From assembly GCA_963708075.1 (NCBI GenBank), contig OY970194.1, positions 4,320,001 through 4,384,000 on the forward strand: 64,000 nt of DNA, read 5' to 3'. Each line of letters opens with the position of its first letter. The stretch's first letter is position 1. Under the pieces are notes generated by a model. That model saw nothing but the letters and a program-made list of their open reading frames with translations, was not told the origin of the DNA and made no database searches. Below are positions 1-11,359 of the stretch, in pieces. The position numbers were made by a program, and so were the translations under genes. Source of the DNA: Sedimentisphaerales bacterium. Lineage in GTDB: Bacteria > Planctomycetota > Phycisphaerae > Sedimentisphaerales > Anaerobacaceae.

Positions 1-414
1 ACATGGCCGGCGAAACGGAAGCACCCGGAGCCCAAGAGCGAGGAGCGACTGCGCGTCCTGCTCGTGGACGACCACAAGGTCATGCGGGAGGGCCTGGCCA
101 GCCTGCTCGACGAACAGCCGGATATGGACGTGGTCGGCCAGGCAGGCAACGGCCGCGAAGCCGTCGATCTGGCTCACAAGCTCCAGCCCCACATCATTAT
201 CATGGATGCTTCGATGCCCGTGATGCCCGGCGATGAGGCCACACGCCAGATCAAGCTGCACCTGCCGAAAATCCGTGTCATTGCGCTGTCGATGTTCGAT
301 GAGCCGCAGATGTCCAGGAAGATGCGCAGGGCCGGGGCTGAGGCGTACCTGCTGAAGACCGCACCCTCCGAGGAACTGCTGGCCGCCATCCGCGGCATGC
401 GGGCCGGAGCGTAG
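1..414 (+). CDS. C-terminal NarL-type receiver domain of a 5'-truncated protein (probably a hybrid histidine kinase)
   Basis: Frame 1 is open from base 1 (…EERLRVLLVDDHKVMREGL…MDASMP…YLLKTAPSEELLAAIRG). It closely resembles the C-terminal REC domain of 16802..19597. Confidence 0.85.
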   Translation, partial: TWPAKRKHPEPKSEERLRVLLVDDHKVMREGLASLLDEQPDMDVVGQAGNGREAVDLAHKLQPHIIIMDASMPVMPGDEATRQIKLHLPKIRVIALSMFDEPQMSRKMRRAGAEAYLLKTAPSEELLAAIRGMRAGA

Positions 415-441
415 GACTAATGAGACGAATAGGACCTGTGA

Positions 442-1416
442 TCAGGAACCGCAGGGGATGGCGTCGCGGCGCTGCTTGAGCTCCCGCCAGGTCGTCAGGA
501 CGATCCCTTTGTCCTTGATGAAGGCACGCACCTCGGGATCGGTCATCAGACGCAGCTCGGCCTCGCGGGCCTTGCCCGAGCCGGAGATGTGCTGGAACAC
601 CTCCGTCGGGGCGGTGCAGTGGACGATGATCTGGGTGATGCCGGGCTTCATGTCGCCGAGCAACTGGAGCAACTCCGCTTTCCTCTGATCATAAGTCTCG
701 CCGTTGGTGGGCTGCGTCACGAGATCGTCAATTACCGGCAGCCCCGCCTGCCAGATCCTCTCGGCCAGCATGTGAATCAAAGGCTTGAACTCCGCCGCTT
801 CAGCGCCGATGTGCTGCATGTGCCCGCCGAACATCAGGACCGGGATCTTCTTCTCGATACCCACTTTGATGTATCGCTCCACGTACAACTGATGAAAGCA
901 GGTGCCCATGTGGCTGTCCAGGTGGGTGGGCTGGATGCCCAGGGCCAGGGCCTTATCGACCTGGGCGCGAATCTCGGTCTCCAATTCATCCGGCGAGGCA
1001 TGGTTGACCACGTCGAGGACGCCGCGCCAGAGACAGCCCTGCTCGTCCACGAGGCCGGGCACGGCCGGCTTACCGGCGACGGGGCCCCAGCGGTAATTCT
1101 TCCACTCCGCCGTGAGTGTCAGGTGAACTCCGGCATCTACTTGTGGGTGCTCCTTCAGGTAGGCGGCGAACTGCGGGACCCACGGGCACGGCATCATGAT
1201 GCTCGTGGAGGTCGCGACACCGCCCTCCAAGGCCTGGATCGTCCCCATATTGGAGTCGTACGACATGCCCGCGTCGTCCACGTGGAAGATGACGGCCTTC
1301 GTGCCGGCGGGCCAGCCCAGCCGCTCTGCATACGTGACTTCGCCCGCCCCCATGGCCAAACTCGCCGAGACAGCAGCCAGAACCAAGACTGTCCAAAGCG
1401 TCTCTCTCAATGGCAT
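442..1416 (-). CDS. YdjC/ChbG-like polysaccharide deacetylase family protein with signal peptide
   Basis: Motifs IFHVDDAG, GVHLTL and PTHLDSHMG; hydrophobic N-terminus; GAAAGGAG RBS. Confidence 0.85.
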   Translation of the reverse strand: MPLRETLWTVLVLAAVSASLAMGAGEVTYAERLGWPAGTKAVIFHVDDAGMSYDSNMGTIQALEGGVATSTSIMMPCPWVPQFAAYLKEHPQVDAGVHLTLTAEWKNYRWGPVAGKPAVPGLVDEQGCLWRGVLDVVNHASPDELETEIRAQVDKALALGIQPTHLDSHMGTCFHQLYVERYIKVGIEKKIPVLMFGGHMQHIGAEAAEFKPLIHMLAERIWQAGLPVIDDLVTQPTNGETYDQRKAELLQLLGDMKPGITQIIVHCTAPTEVFQHISGSGKAREAELRLMTDPEVRAFIKDKGIVLTTWRELKQRRDAIPCGS

Positions 1417-1619
1417 CGATCACTCCTTTCATTCAGGACCTGAGGTACACGCCTGCCCGCCCGGGCAGATGCACCATAATTCCCGCTCTTGCAGGAGAAT
1501 AGCGTTCCATGAGTCCGGAACCTATTCTACCACAGGGTCGCGCCGATGTCACGTTTGTGCCCCCGGATGAACAGACAGGCTGTACGACAGGATTGTCGCA
1601 GAGCATGTATGTGGCTCGT

Positions 1620-1708
1620 GGGTGGCAGCGTCAGGCGCAGCTTGGCGATGGTCTCTGTGAGACACGGTGCAACCATCGCCAAGGCCTTCGGCCTTGATGC
1701 TGCCATCC
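1620..1708. repeat. REP-doublet family A (GGGTGGCAGCGTCAAG…CTTGACGCTGCCACCC)
   Basis: Imperfect palindrome; near-identical copies at 11246, 13454, 26620 (inverted) and a half copy at 55886. Confidence 0.9.
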
Positions 1709-1740
1709 ATGTATAGAGAGCTTTCCAGGAAGATTGCCAA

Positions 1741-2103
1741 TCAGGTGTTCTTGCCCAGTGCCCCGGCCAGCTCCGCGAGGCGGAGTTCCAGCCGTTTGAT
1801 CTCCCGCTTGATGCTGTTCCTGTGGATCATTTGCCAGGCGAAGACCTTCATCAGGCCGATGCCGTTGAAACAGCAGATGAAGATCGTCGCAAACAGGACC
1901 TCGTGCTTCGTATCCGTGACCCGGAAGAACCTGACGGCGCTGTAGATCGCCAGGATCAGGAAGGCCAGCCCGATCACCCAGATGAACACCGCCACGGCAC
2001 GCATTCGCGGGCTGTAGAACTCGCTGAGCATCCATAGGATCGAATCTTCCCCGGAGTCGTTGTGCATGGGATCGACGACCCGTTTTGCACTCCCGTCACT
2101 CAT
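1741..2103 (-). CDS. Small two-TM membrane protein (DUF6768-like)
   Basis: AAAGGAG RBS before the ATG at 2103; two TM helices followed by W-x-x-M…REIKRLEL. Confidence 0.7.
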   Translation of the reverse strand: MSDGSAKRVVDPMHNDSGEDSILWMLSEFYSPRMRAVAVFIWVIGLAFLILAIYSAVRFFRVTDTKHEVLFATIFICCFNGIGLMKVFAWQMIHRNSIKREIKRLELRLAELAGALGKNT

Positions 2104-2238
2104 CTTCGTCTCCTTTCGTTGACTCCCGCGATCTGTCTTGCCATATCCTCCACCCGCGTTGCCCGTCCGGCCATTCATCATTGTGCGGAAAAGCGGCGCA
2201 AAATCCACGATAGAGATCGCCTGTCCGCGTTTTTTGGC

Positions 2239-2266
2239 TTGTTTTTCGCACCCGGTTTCGTAGAAT
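2239..2266 (+). promoter_or_regulatory. Candidate sigma70 promoter of tRNA-Ser
   Basis: TTGTTT-N16-TAGAAT, ending 30 nt upstream of the tRNA. Confidence 0.4.
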
Positions 2267-2295
2267 CAGTGGGCCACACGGTTTCCGTGAGCCGT

Positions 2296-2382
2296 GGAGA
2301 GGTGTCAGAGCGGCTTATCGAGCGGTCTTGGAAAGGCCGTGTAGGGTTTACCCTACCGCGGGTTCGAATCCCGCCCTCTCCG
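2296..2382 (+). tRNA. tRNA-Ser(GGA)
   Basis: GGAGAGG/CCTCTCC acceptor stem, CGGTC-TTGGAAA-GGCCG anticodon arm, long variable arm, GGTTCGAATCC T-arm; no encoded CCA. Confidence 0.95.
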
Positions 2383-2461
2383 GTACAATTGAGACTTCTG
2401 CCGGGGCCTTCCCGGCCGACAGCAAAATGAGCTTCCAGCGGAATCAATTGAGGGGGTAGTT

Positions 2462-3454
2462 ATGAGAACGGTTTGCATAGCAGCACTCGTGCTCGTCGCC
2501 ACAATTGTGTGCAATCTTCAGGCCGAGCCATCATCTTCGCTTACCCTGGTTCAAAAAATCCCCTTGCTGAATGTCAAGGGCCGGATCGACCACATGGCAA
2601 TCGACCTGCAGGGCAGGCGGCTGTTCGTCGCGGCCCTGGGCAACGACACCATGGAGGTCGTCGATCTGAAGGCGGGCAGGCAGGCACGCACAATCAGCGG
2701 CCTGGCTGAGCCGCAAGGAATATTGTTCCTGCCGGAGAAGAACCGAATCTACATCACCAACGGCCGGACCGGCGATTGCCAGATCCTCGACGGCGAATCC
2801 TTCCAGGTCATAAACACCCTGCGGTTCGCAGATGATCCGGACAACATCCGGTACGACCTCTCCGCCGGTCGCATCTATGTCGGCTATGGCTCCGGCGCCA
2901 TCGGCGTGATTGATGCCGCAACCGAGAAGCGGCTGGGGGACATCAAGCTCGGCGGGCACCCGGAGTCCTTCCAAATTGAAAAAGACACCGGCAGAATTTT
3001 CGTCAACGTCCCTTCCGCCAAACAGATCGAAGTCCTGGACAGCAAGGCACTGAAGGCGGAAGCCACCTGGCCTCTCACGCAAGTGCAAGAGAACTTCCCC
3101 ATGGCCCTGGACAATGCCAATCACCGGCTGTTCGTCGGGACGAGGAAGCCGCCGAAGCTGCTGGTGCTCGATACCCGGTCGGGCAAGCTCGTGCAAAAGC
3201 TGACTATCGACGGCACGACCGATGGCGTCTTCTACGACGCGGCACACAAACGCATCTATGTCTCCTGCGGAGCCGGCTTGCTCGACGTGGTCCAGCAGAA
3301 AGATGCGTCCGAGTACGCCGTGTCGGAAAGAATCCCCACGGCGGCCGGCGCACGGACTTGCCTGTTCGCGCCGGAACTTGCCACTATCTATCTTGCCGTG
3401 CCCGCTCAGACGGCTCGTGACGCGGCCATCCACGCTTACGAAATCAAGCCGTGA
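2462..3454 (+). CDS. Secreted YncE/YVTN-type beta-propeller protein
   Basis: Signal peptide; repeated blades (RLFVAALG, RIYVGYG, RIFVNVP, RLFVGTR, RIYVSCG). Confidence 0.85.
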   Translation: MRTVCIAALVLVATIVCNLQAEPSSSLTLVQKIPLLNVKGRIDHMAIDLQGRRLFVAALGNDTMEVVDLKAGRQARTISGLAEPQGILFLPEKNRIYITNGRTGDCQILDGESFQVINTLRFADDPDNIRYDLSAGRIYVGYGSGAIGVIDAATEKRLGDIKLGGHPESFQIEKDTGRIFVNVPSAKQIEVLDSKALKAEATWPLTQVQENFPMALDNANHRLFVGTRKPPKLLVLDTRSGKLVQKLTIDGTTDGVFYDAAHKRIYVSCGAGLLDVVQQKDASEYAVSERIPTAAGARTCLFAPELATIYLAVPAQTARDAAIHAYEIKP

Positions 3455-4629
3455 TGAAGGAAAACGAAAAACCTGTCTATTCGCTTCGACAACTGCTCCT
3501 GTACTTCCTGAAATTGGGCGCAACCGGTTTTGGCGGCCCGATTGCCCTGATAGGATACATGCACCGGGACCTCGTCGAAGGAAGGAAGTGGATTGGCGAG
3601 AATGACTACCGGGATGGCATTGCTCTGGCGGAGCTGGCGCCGGGGCCTCTGGCGGCGCAGACCGCCATGTATCTGGGATACGTGCACTACCGCATCATCG
3701 GGGCGACTTTGGCGGGGCTCGCCTTCATCTTGCCCTCGTTCCTCATGGTGGTCGGTTTAGGGATCGCCTACAAAGCTTATGGCGGATTGGCTTGGATGCA
3801 GGCCGTCTTTTACGGCGTCAGCGCCAGCATCGTGGGGATTATCCTCGTCAGCGCGTACCGTTTGACGAGAAAGACCATCGCGAGAGATTGGTTGCTTTGG
3901 TTTATCTATGGGGTCGCGGCACTGTTTACCGTGATCAGCGAATCGGAGCAGGTGATGGTCTTTCTGGCTGCCGGTGTTCTGGCCTGGTTGGTCAAAGCGC
4001 CTCCGAAGATGCCGCAGCGCCAAGGAAGAAATCGGACCTGGCTGATCGCATTGCCCCCGATTTGGGCGGCCGCGCAGCAGGTGGCGGTGAATACGCAATC
4101 CTTGTGGACGCTCTTTGCTTTTTTTGCCAAGGCGGGTGCTTTTGTATTCGGCAGCGGGCTGGCGATCGTTCCGTTTCTTTATGGGGGCGTCGTCAAACAG
4201 TATCACTGGCTTTCCGACCGTGAATTCATTGATGCCGTAGCGGTCGCGATGATTACCCCCGGTCCCGTCGTTATCACTGTGGGGTTCATTGGTTTTCTTG
4301 TGTCGGGCTTGCCTGGAGCCGTGGTCGCGGCGCTCGGGACGTTCCTGCCCTGCTATCTATTCACCGTCATTCCTGCACCCTATTTCAAGAAGCATGGGAA
4401 GAGGGCGGACGTAGCCGCCTTTGTAAACGGAGTGACGGCAGCCGCAATCGGAGCGATTTCCGGCGCAGCGGTCATTCTGATCCGAAAAACGATCGTTGAC
4501 GAGATCACGGCCGCGGTTGCCATAGGCAGCGTGGTTCTGCTGGTGAGGACAAAAAAAATCCCCGAGCCCATGATTGTTCTGATTGCCGCCTTGGTCGGAT
4601 TAGTGGCGAAATCCTGGGCGTCGCGATGA
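3451..4629 (+). CDS. chrA: Chromate ion transporter (CHR family, two-domain)
   Basis: FLKLGATGFGG, ELAPGPLA, FVFGSG and MITPGP motifs; overlaps the upstream stop codon. Confidence 0.9.
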   Translation: MMKENEKPVYSLRQLLLYFLKLGATGFGGPIALIGYMHRDLVEGRKWIGENDYRDGIALAELAPGPLAAQTAMYLGYVHYRIIGATLAGLAFILPSFLMVVGLGIAYKAYGGLAWMQAVFYGVSASIVGIILVSAYRLTRKTIARDWLLWFIYGVAALFTVISESEQVMVFLAAGVLAWLVKAPPKMPQRQGRNRTWLIALPPIWAAAQQVAVNTQSLWTLFAFFAKAGAFVFGSGLAIVPFLYGGVVKQYHWLSDREFIDAVAVAMITPGPVVITVGFIGFLVSGLPGAVVAALGTFLPCYLFTVIPAPYFKKHGKRADVAAFVNGVTAAAIGAISGAAVILIRKTIVDEITAAVAIGSVVLLVRTKKIPEPMIVLIAALVGLVAKSWASR

Positions 4630-4934
4630 GGATTGTCCGAGGGCGCCGATAGACGCACCGCCTGTTTTCGAGTACTTTCTTCCGGGGTGCGGTAGCGGCG
4701 CAGTCGATTCTGCGCCCGCGTGAAGGGGGATCGGATGTGACGGAATTCCGAGCTCGTGGTGGCAGGGTCATCCGCCGGGGGCTGTATCTGGAGTTTACGT
4801 TGACGGTCGTGCTGACCTTTTGTGCCTGGCTCTCTTGATGCGGCCGAGGTGCGAGGATTGGCACCCAAGCGCCGGCGAGGGGCTTGGGCAGCGGGCTGAA
4901 TGTCCCCACTGCATGCCGTACGGGCTTCTCCTTC

Positions 4935-5381
4935 TCAGGCCTCTTTGTCCTTCGCCCATCCGTGCTCCGGATACAGGAATTCAGGGATGCGGCGGAGTTT
5001 GCCCTGGCCGTCCACACAGGCCAGAACGCTGTAGCCTTCGGCCAGCACCACGCCGGTGCCCGGCCGGGTCAGTTTGTACGTGTGCTCAACCTTGCCGGGA
5101 GTCACGTTCGAGCACGTGGTCTCCAGAAGCAGTTGCTCATCGTAGAAGGCCGGCCGGCGGTACTTGACCCGCAACTCGACCATGACGAAAAAGGTCCCCT
5201 GGGCCTCCAAGTCCCTGTAGGCGACGCCATTGGCCCGAAGCAACTCGGTCCGGCCCATCTCGAACCAGATAGGGTAGACGCTGTGGTGGATGATGCCGCC
5301 TTTGTCCGTCTCGGCGTACCGCGGGACCACCGTGATCGTGTGACTCTGAATTGTCAGCCGTTTGGGAAATTCCATATCCAT
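4935..5381 (-). CDS. Acyl-CoA thioesterase, YbgC/4HBT hotdog family
   Basis: PRYAETDKGGIIHHSVYPIWFEMGR motif. Confidence 0.9.
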   Translation of the reverse strand: MDMEFPKRLTIQSHTITVVPRYAETDKGGIIHHSVYPIWFEMGRTELLRANGVAYRDLEAQGTFFVMVELRVKYRRPAFYDEQLLLETTCSNVTPGKVEHTYKLTRPGTGVVLAEGYSVLACVDGQGKLRRIPEFLYPEHGWAKDKEA

Positions 5382-5628
5382 TCGCCGGGCAGAATACCAG
5401 ATACCCCGGCGTTTGCATAGCCTCTCCAATGGACAAGGGTGTCCTGCCGCGAGGTGCCACCGCGCCACAAAACGCGGTCACGAGGGTGGAAAAATTCAGC
5501 AAGATTTTTCTTTACGGAACCGGGTGGAAGCGGTATATTCAGAGTGTAGTAAGAGAATAGCAGGTTGAGCCCTCAAGCCCCTGCGTGTTATCTCGCTTTT
5601 CCTCTCCCTCCGCCGCGCAGGGGCTTCT

Positions 5629-7059
5629 TTATTTCAGCCACTGGCGCTCGATCTCTTCGAGGGTCTTGCCTTTGGTCTCCGGGACAAACGCCCGGACGAC
5701 CAGGAGCAGCGCGAGACAAAATGCACCATAGAGCCAGAAGGGAAACGCCCGATGGAATGTACCCACAAGCCAGGGGTTGGCGTCCATCATCGGGAAGGTT
5801 TGTGAGATAATGTAGTTGGCGATCCACAGGCAGACAGTGGCGATGGCCATGGCCCGGCCACGAATCTGAGTCGGGAAAATCTCCGAAAGGATCACCCACG
5901 TCACCGGCCCCACGGACAGGGCGAAACAGGCGATATACCCGAGGATAAACAGCAGCATCCAGAGGCCGGTCGTCTGCACGTAGGCACCCAGGCCCATCGC
6001 CAGCAGGCAGACGCCCATGCCGGCTGAGCCGATCGTCATCAGGGGCTTGCGGCCCAATTTGTCCACCGTCCAGATCGCGATCACGGTAAAGCTCAGGTTC
6101 ACCACGCCGACGACCACGGTCTGGAGCAGAGCGGCGTTGGTCCCCGAGCCCATCTTCTTGAAGATCTCCGTGCCGAAGTAGAGGAACACGTTGATCCCCG
6201 TGACCTGCTGCAGCACGGCCAGACCGATCCCGATCAGCAGGACGATCCTCAGGCCCGGCTGAAGGAGCTGCTTCAGCGAGCTGCTCTCATGGCTGATGGC
6301 GTCTTTGATTTCCGCCAACTCCGCCCGCGCGTACGCGTCGCCGTCCACACGCGTCAGAATCCCCAGGGCCTCGTCCGTGCGTCCTCGCTTCGTCAGCCAG
6401 CGGGGGCTCTCGGGGACCACGAATGACAGGGCCAGCAACACCAGGGCGGGCAGCGCTTCCGAGCCGAACATCCATCGCCAGCCGACTCGCTCGTTCCATG
6501 CCGCGTCGCCTTGCAGCGCGATGAAGTAGTTCACGAAGTACACGACGAGAAAGCCCGTGACGATGGCGAACTGGTTGACGGACACCATGCGTCCGCGGAT
6601 GCGGGCGGGACTGATCTCCGCGATGTACATGGGCGACGTGATGGAGGCGGCCCCGACGCCCAAGCCGCCGAGGATGCGGTAGAAGATGAATGCGCCGATC
6701 GTCTGCGGGATAGCCGTGCCGACGGCGGAAACGAAAAAGAAGATGGCCGACAGGATGAGTACCTTTTTTCGGCCGAACCGGTCGCTCACCGGACCCGCGC
6801 CCGCGGCGCCGATGGCGCAGCCGAGCAGGGCACAGGCCGTGGCCCAGCCCTCCTGTTGCGCGTTGAGGACAAAATGGGCCTTCAGCGGGCCGATGGCGCC
6901 GTTGATTACGCCGGTGTCATAACCGAACAGCAGGCCGCCCAGCGCAGCCACGATAGTCACCAGGAAGACATAAGTAGTACTGCCGATCCGGCCGGTAAGC
7001 TCAACGCCGCGGTCCACGATCCCGCTGTCCCCTGCAGCCATCTCAGAATTCTGGCTCAT
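5629..7059 (-). CDS. Sugar porter family MFS transporter (XylE-like)
   Basis: GGLLFGYDTGVI, DRFGRK, PESPRWL, QQVTGIN and PETKG motifs; start taken at MSQNSE. Confidence 0.95.
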   Translation of the reverse strand: MSQNSEMAAGDSGIVDRGVELTGRIGSTTYVFLVTIVAALGGLLFGYDTGVINGAIGPLKAHFVLNAQQEGWATACALLGCAIGAAGAGPVSDRFGRKKVLILSAIFFFVSAVGTAIPQTIGAFIFYRILGGLGVGAASITSPMYIAEISPARIRGRMVSVNQFAIVTGFLVVYFVNYFIALQGDAAWNERVGWRWMFGSEALPALVLLALSFVVPESPRWLTKRGRTDEALGILTRVDGDAYARAELAEIKDAISHESSSLKQLLQPGLRIVLLIGIGLAVLQQVTGINVFLYFGTEIFKKMGSGTNAALLQTVVVGVVNLSFTVIAIWTVDKLGRKPLMTIGSAGMGVCLLAMGLGAYVQTTGLWMLLFILGYIACFALSVGPVTWVILSEIFPTQIRGRAMAIATVCLWIANYIISQTFPMMDANPWLVGTFHRAFPFWLYGAFCLALLLVVRAFVPETKGKTLEEIERQWLK

Positions 7060-7061
7060 AA

Positions 7062-9040
7062 TCACTCCTTGCAGTTCTCTATGGCGCGGGTCAGCGCCCA
7101 GTCGATGAACATGGCGTGATCGTTGTTCTTGTAGCTGCCGCCGGGATTCTTGCACCGCTCGCGGGCCGATTCCATCTGCTGCAGGACGGGACGGGCCTTG
7201 TCTCCAAGACTCTGCAGAGTTCGGGCGGCGTGCAAGGTGACGGGCTCTCGTGAGTCCAGCAGGCCCCGGGCCAGGACAAGCAGCGCCTCGTCACACATGC
7301 CCAGTCGGCACAGCGCTCCAGCGGCGGTGAACCGCACATTGGGGCACGGGTCCTCCAGGACTGCCATCAACGCCCCTTTCGCTTCCGCTGCCTCGGGGCC
7401 AAGAGCCAGAAGGCCCTCCGCCGCCCAGTAGCGGACGGCGCTGTCGCCGTTTTCCAGATACTCCGTCAGGGCGGGCAATGCCTTCGAACCCGCGCCTACA
7501 AGCTCAGCGGCCGCGAGAATCCGCGATTGTGGATATCGGGCGGCATCCTGCACGACCTCATAGGGCGTGGCGTCGCCGGCGCGGATGTGCATCTCGGCCT
7601 CGGGCAACAGGCCGGTGTCGCGTGTCTGGATCATCCAGTCCCAGAGCTGCCGGCGCATGCTTTCGAGCCTGTCGCGATGTTCCGGCGAGCCGGCCAGGTT
7701 GTGCACTTCGAGCGGGTCCACCAACGTGTCGTACAATTCCTCCATTGGCTTGGTCGGCCCCCAGAAGGGCTTTTCGATGCCGGCCATGCCGCCTTGAGCC
7801 GACACGCGGCGCAGCTCCTGCATGATCTCCGCCTGGTCGCAGTAGGTGCTCGGCTGCACGTACGGCAGGTGCGGCATGAAGTTGCGGATGTACTTGTACC
7901 GCTTGTCCCGGATGCAGCGTGACATTTCGTAGGCTTCATCGACCCGGCTGGAGGCCCCATAGATGCAGTCGCGAGCCGCGGCCGGCGATTCGCCGAGGAA
8001 CGGCTTGCCCTGCATGTGCGCGGCGCGGGCACGCGGGCCAGCGCCAGCACGGTCGGGGCGAAATCGACGAAGCTGACGAGCTGATCCGTCCTGCCGCCCG
8101 GGACCAGCGGCGCCAGCTTCTGATACAAGGTGGGGACTCGGACGATCAGCGGGACACGCAGGCCCGTGTCGTAGAGCGTCCTCTTGAATCGCGGCAAACC
8201 CAGACCATGATCGGCGAAGAAGAACACGATCGTGCTCTGTGTCAGGGCGTCCTGCTCAAGCTGAGCAAGCAGCTCGCCGACCTGCTTATCCATGATGGTA
8301 ATCAGGTCGTAGTAGCGGGCCCACATGTTGCGGACCATCGGCGTGTCGGGATAGAACGGCGGCAGCGAGAGCTTATTGGGGTCGTGACGCTCACTGGGCT
8401 TGAGCTTCGAGCCGTACTTGGCGGCGAACTCCTCGTCGGTGCCGTTCACCTGCCCCTGGTGCGTGGTCGTGATATTGAAGACGCTGAAGAAGGACTGGCC
8501 GCCCGGGCGGTTGCGCCAGTGGGCGGTCGGGCTCGAATCGTGCCAGATCGTCGGATCCTTGAAATTGTAGTCCTCCTTGAAGTTGTTCGAGCAATAGTAG
8601 CTGGCGTATCGCAGCAGCTTCGGGAATGGCTCGATCTGCCGGGGCAGCCTGACCTCCGAGCGCAGGTGCTGCGTGCCGAGGCTGGTGGCGTAGAGCCCTG
8701 TGATCAGGCACGAGCGGGCCGGCGAGCAGACCGGAGCGGTCGAGTAGGCATTCGTATAGCGGATTCCCTCGCCTGCGAGATGGTCCAGGTTGGGTGTGAC
8801 GGCGAACGGGTCGCCGTAGCAGCCGAGATAGGGGCTGGTGTCCTCGCAGGTGATCCAGAGGATGTTGGGCCTCGGCAGCGAGGCCTCGACCGGCGCTGCG
8901 GCCGTCATGGTCACTCGAGAAAAGGTCATCGGCTCGGTGCATCCGGACAAGACCAGCCCGGAGGCACACAGACCGGCGGCCCTGAGAAAGTCGCGACGTG
9001 TGCGAATTCGAACGTCCATACTCACTGCTCCACAATCCAT
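7062..9040 (-). CDS. Tat-exported Cys-type sulfatase with C-terminal HEAT-like repeats; frameshift near 8021
   Basis: TRRDFL Tat motif and CSPARS signature. ORFs 7631..9040 and 7062..8015 join as …VPAP(A)HMQGKPFLG… if one base is restored. Confidence 0.85.
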
Positions 9041-9043
9041 ACA

Positions 9044-11214
9044 TTACCTCTTCGCCGCGATGACCTTCGCGTCGCGCACGCTGCGCACGGGCTGTTGGCC
9101 GGCGGCGGTCAATTCCGCCGTCAGTATATACTCGCCCGGCTCCGAGGGAATAGCCTGCGTGAAAGACAGCGTCTCGCCGCCCAGCGCGGCGACGGTGCAT
9201 GACCTGCCCTGAGAGGCCACAGGGCTTCCGTCCTTGAGCAGGCGAAGGTGTACCTCGCCCTTCCACGTCGCCGTAGAGGTCGTTGATGACGAGCACCTTG
9301 AACTCCTGCTGCAGTCCGGCGGGCAGGTCGTCGCCCCAGTAGTCAAGCATCACGCCGACCGGCGAGAACGCATCACGGACGTACTTTTCGAAGTTCGGCT
9401 CGAATGTCAGGTTCTCCAGGTCGATGAAATGATCGCTGGTGGCGCCGCCCTCGGGACGGGGCTTGTCCCCGGATCGCGAGTAGCCCAGGCCACAGAAATG
9501 CAACACGCCGGCACACTTGCGGTGTGCCCGCCAGAACTCCGTCTTGGCCGCGAGGAGCTTTGCATAGAGCTCACGCCGCTGTTCCGTGGTCGAGTTGGGA
9601 CCGAGCAGCTTCTCGTACACCGGACCGGTCAGACAGGTGGTCGTGCCGTCGCGATTGAGCCAGAGCCATGCGTACTCGTTGATGATGATAGGCACATTGA
9701 GCTTTTGCTGGGCCTTCTGCAGGGAGGGAACGCCCGAGACGCTGACCATATCCTTCAAGCTCTTGAATTTCGCATTTCCCCAGGAGGCGTTGAAGAGCCC
9801 GCTCATAAGATAAGGGTGGGCTTCGACGCAATCCTGCGTGCTCTGCGGCTCGGCCCAGCCGTTCTCCCACGGCCGATTCGACAGGTCCAGGTGCCGCACC
9901 GCCTGCAGGGCCTTGCCGGTTTCGACCGTTTGGCTCTCGTTCTGCGCGTCCCAGATGACCACACACGGATGGTTCCATCGCTCGCGCATCCACTCCGTAT
10001 ACTCGGGGATGATCTTCTCCGCCTTCGGGCTCTCCGGCGTCTTCGCCCAGCAGCCAGATCGGGAACTCATCCTGGATCAGGAAACCCACCTCGTCGGCGA
10101 TGTCGTACCACTGCTCCGGCGGAAAGCCGATGCAGTAGCGAATCGAGTTCCAGTGCATGCCCTTGAACTTTTCGTGGAGCCGGCGGACCCATTCCGCCCG
10201 CCAGGGCCTGTCGCCCCGCTGGGCATCCTCGAAGAAGCGATACGCACAGACATTGGTGCCCCGCATGAAGTACGGCTTGCCGTTGAGAATCGCCCTGCCG
10301 CTCGCTGCGTCGAATCGGAACGACCGCATGCCGAAGCGCGTCTCGGCCGTATCGTCGCCCGTGCTCAACCTGAGCCTGTAGAGGAATGGGTCCTCAGGCG
10401 TCCAAAGCCGGCAGGATTGCAGCGGAACGACGAGGTCCAGCTTTGTCACGGTATCCGCCGCAACCGGGACATCCGACTGCACCACCTTGCCGACGACCGA
10501 GCCGCTGACCGCTTCCATGATTTCGCACGTGACGGGGCAGGTGCTTTCGATAGAGGATTGAAGCTCCGCGATGACGCGCACCTTCTTGCCATCGATGTCC
10601 GGCACGGTCTGGATATTCACAATGAACGGCTCGCCGGAAAGGATCAGCTCGACCGAGTCGTAGATGCCGGGGATGTAGAGGTACTTCTCGAAGTCCCAGC
10701 CGCTGGGCACGTCTTTCGGCCGTGACTCGCGGTCGGCGCCAACGCGGATGACCAGCTCGTTTTCCTGCCCCGTGCCCTTGAGGTGCCGCTTCACATCCAT
10801 CAGGGCGGGCGTGAAGCACGGCAGGTGCTCGCCGACGAGCTGGCCGTTGAGCCAGACCTTCGTGCCGTACCGGGCCTTGTGAATCTTCAGAATCGCGACA
10901 TCGGGGATGGACCTGCCCACGGTGAACGTACGCCGATACCAGAAGGCCTGGCGTTTCGCGCTCTTCTTGCCGACCTCATCGAAGGCCGGCCTGGCCATAT
11001 CCACCAGTCCCGGCACCGGGACGGTATGCTCGAATTGACTGGGGACTATATCCATCGTGCCTTCGGCCACTTGCCACGGGCCATTGAGGCTGATGATCCG
11101 CCGCGGGCCGCTTTCAGCCGCGGCCACTCTTTGATCCATCGGCAACCACGCCGCGAACACAATAGAAAACATGACTACGGACTTTCTCTGTGGGAAGTGT
11201 TTGTTGAATCTCAT
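9044..11214 (-). CDS. Glycoside hydrolase family 2 protein; frameshifts near 10047 and 9268
   Basis: ISLNGPWQ, LWTPEDPFLY, FGMRSF, GFLIQDE, NHPCVVIWDAQNE and PIIINEY, spread over three consecutive frames. Confidence 0.85.
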
Positions 11215-11245
11215 GCCGTGTCTCCTGTTTCGCACCAACTGCGAT

Positions 11246-11325
11246 GGGTGGCAGCGTCAAGCGCAGCTTGGCGATGGTTTGCCGATTCGCCATCGCCAAG
11301 GCCTTCGGCCTTGACGCTGCCACCC
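11246..11325. repeat. REP-doublet family A
   Basis: Same palindromic sequence as at 1620 and 13454. Confidence 0.9.
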
Positions 11326-11359
11326 CTGTTATGCTTGCCTAACCTGTCTTCCACAGGTC

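Noticed and set aside
2296..4934. Integrative island at tRNA-Ser
   Set aside because: No integrase and no duplicated tRNA 3' end were found.
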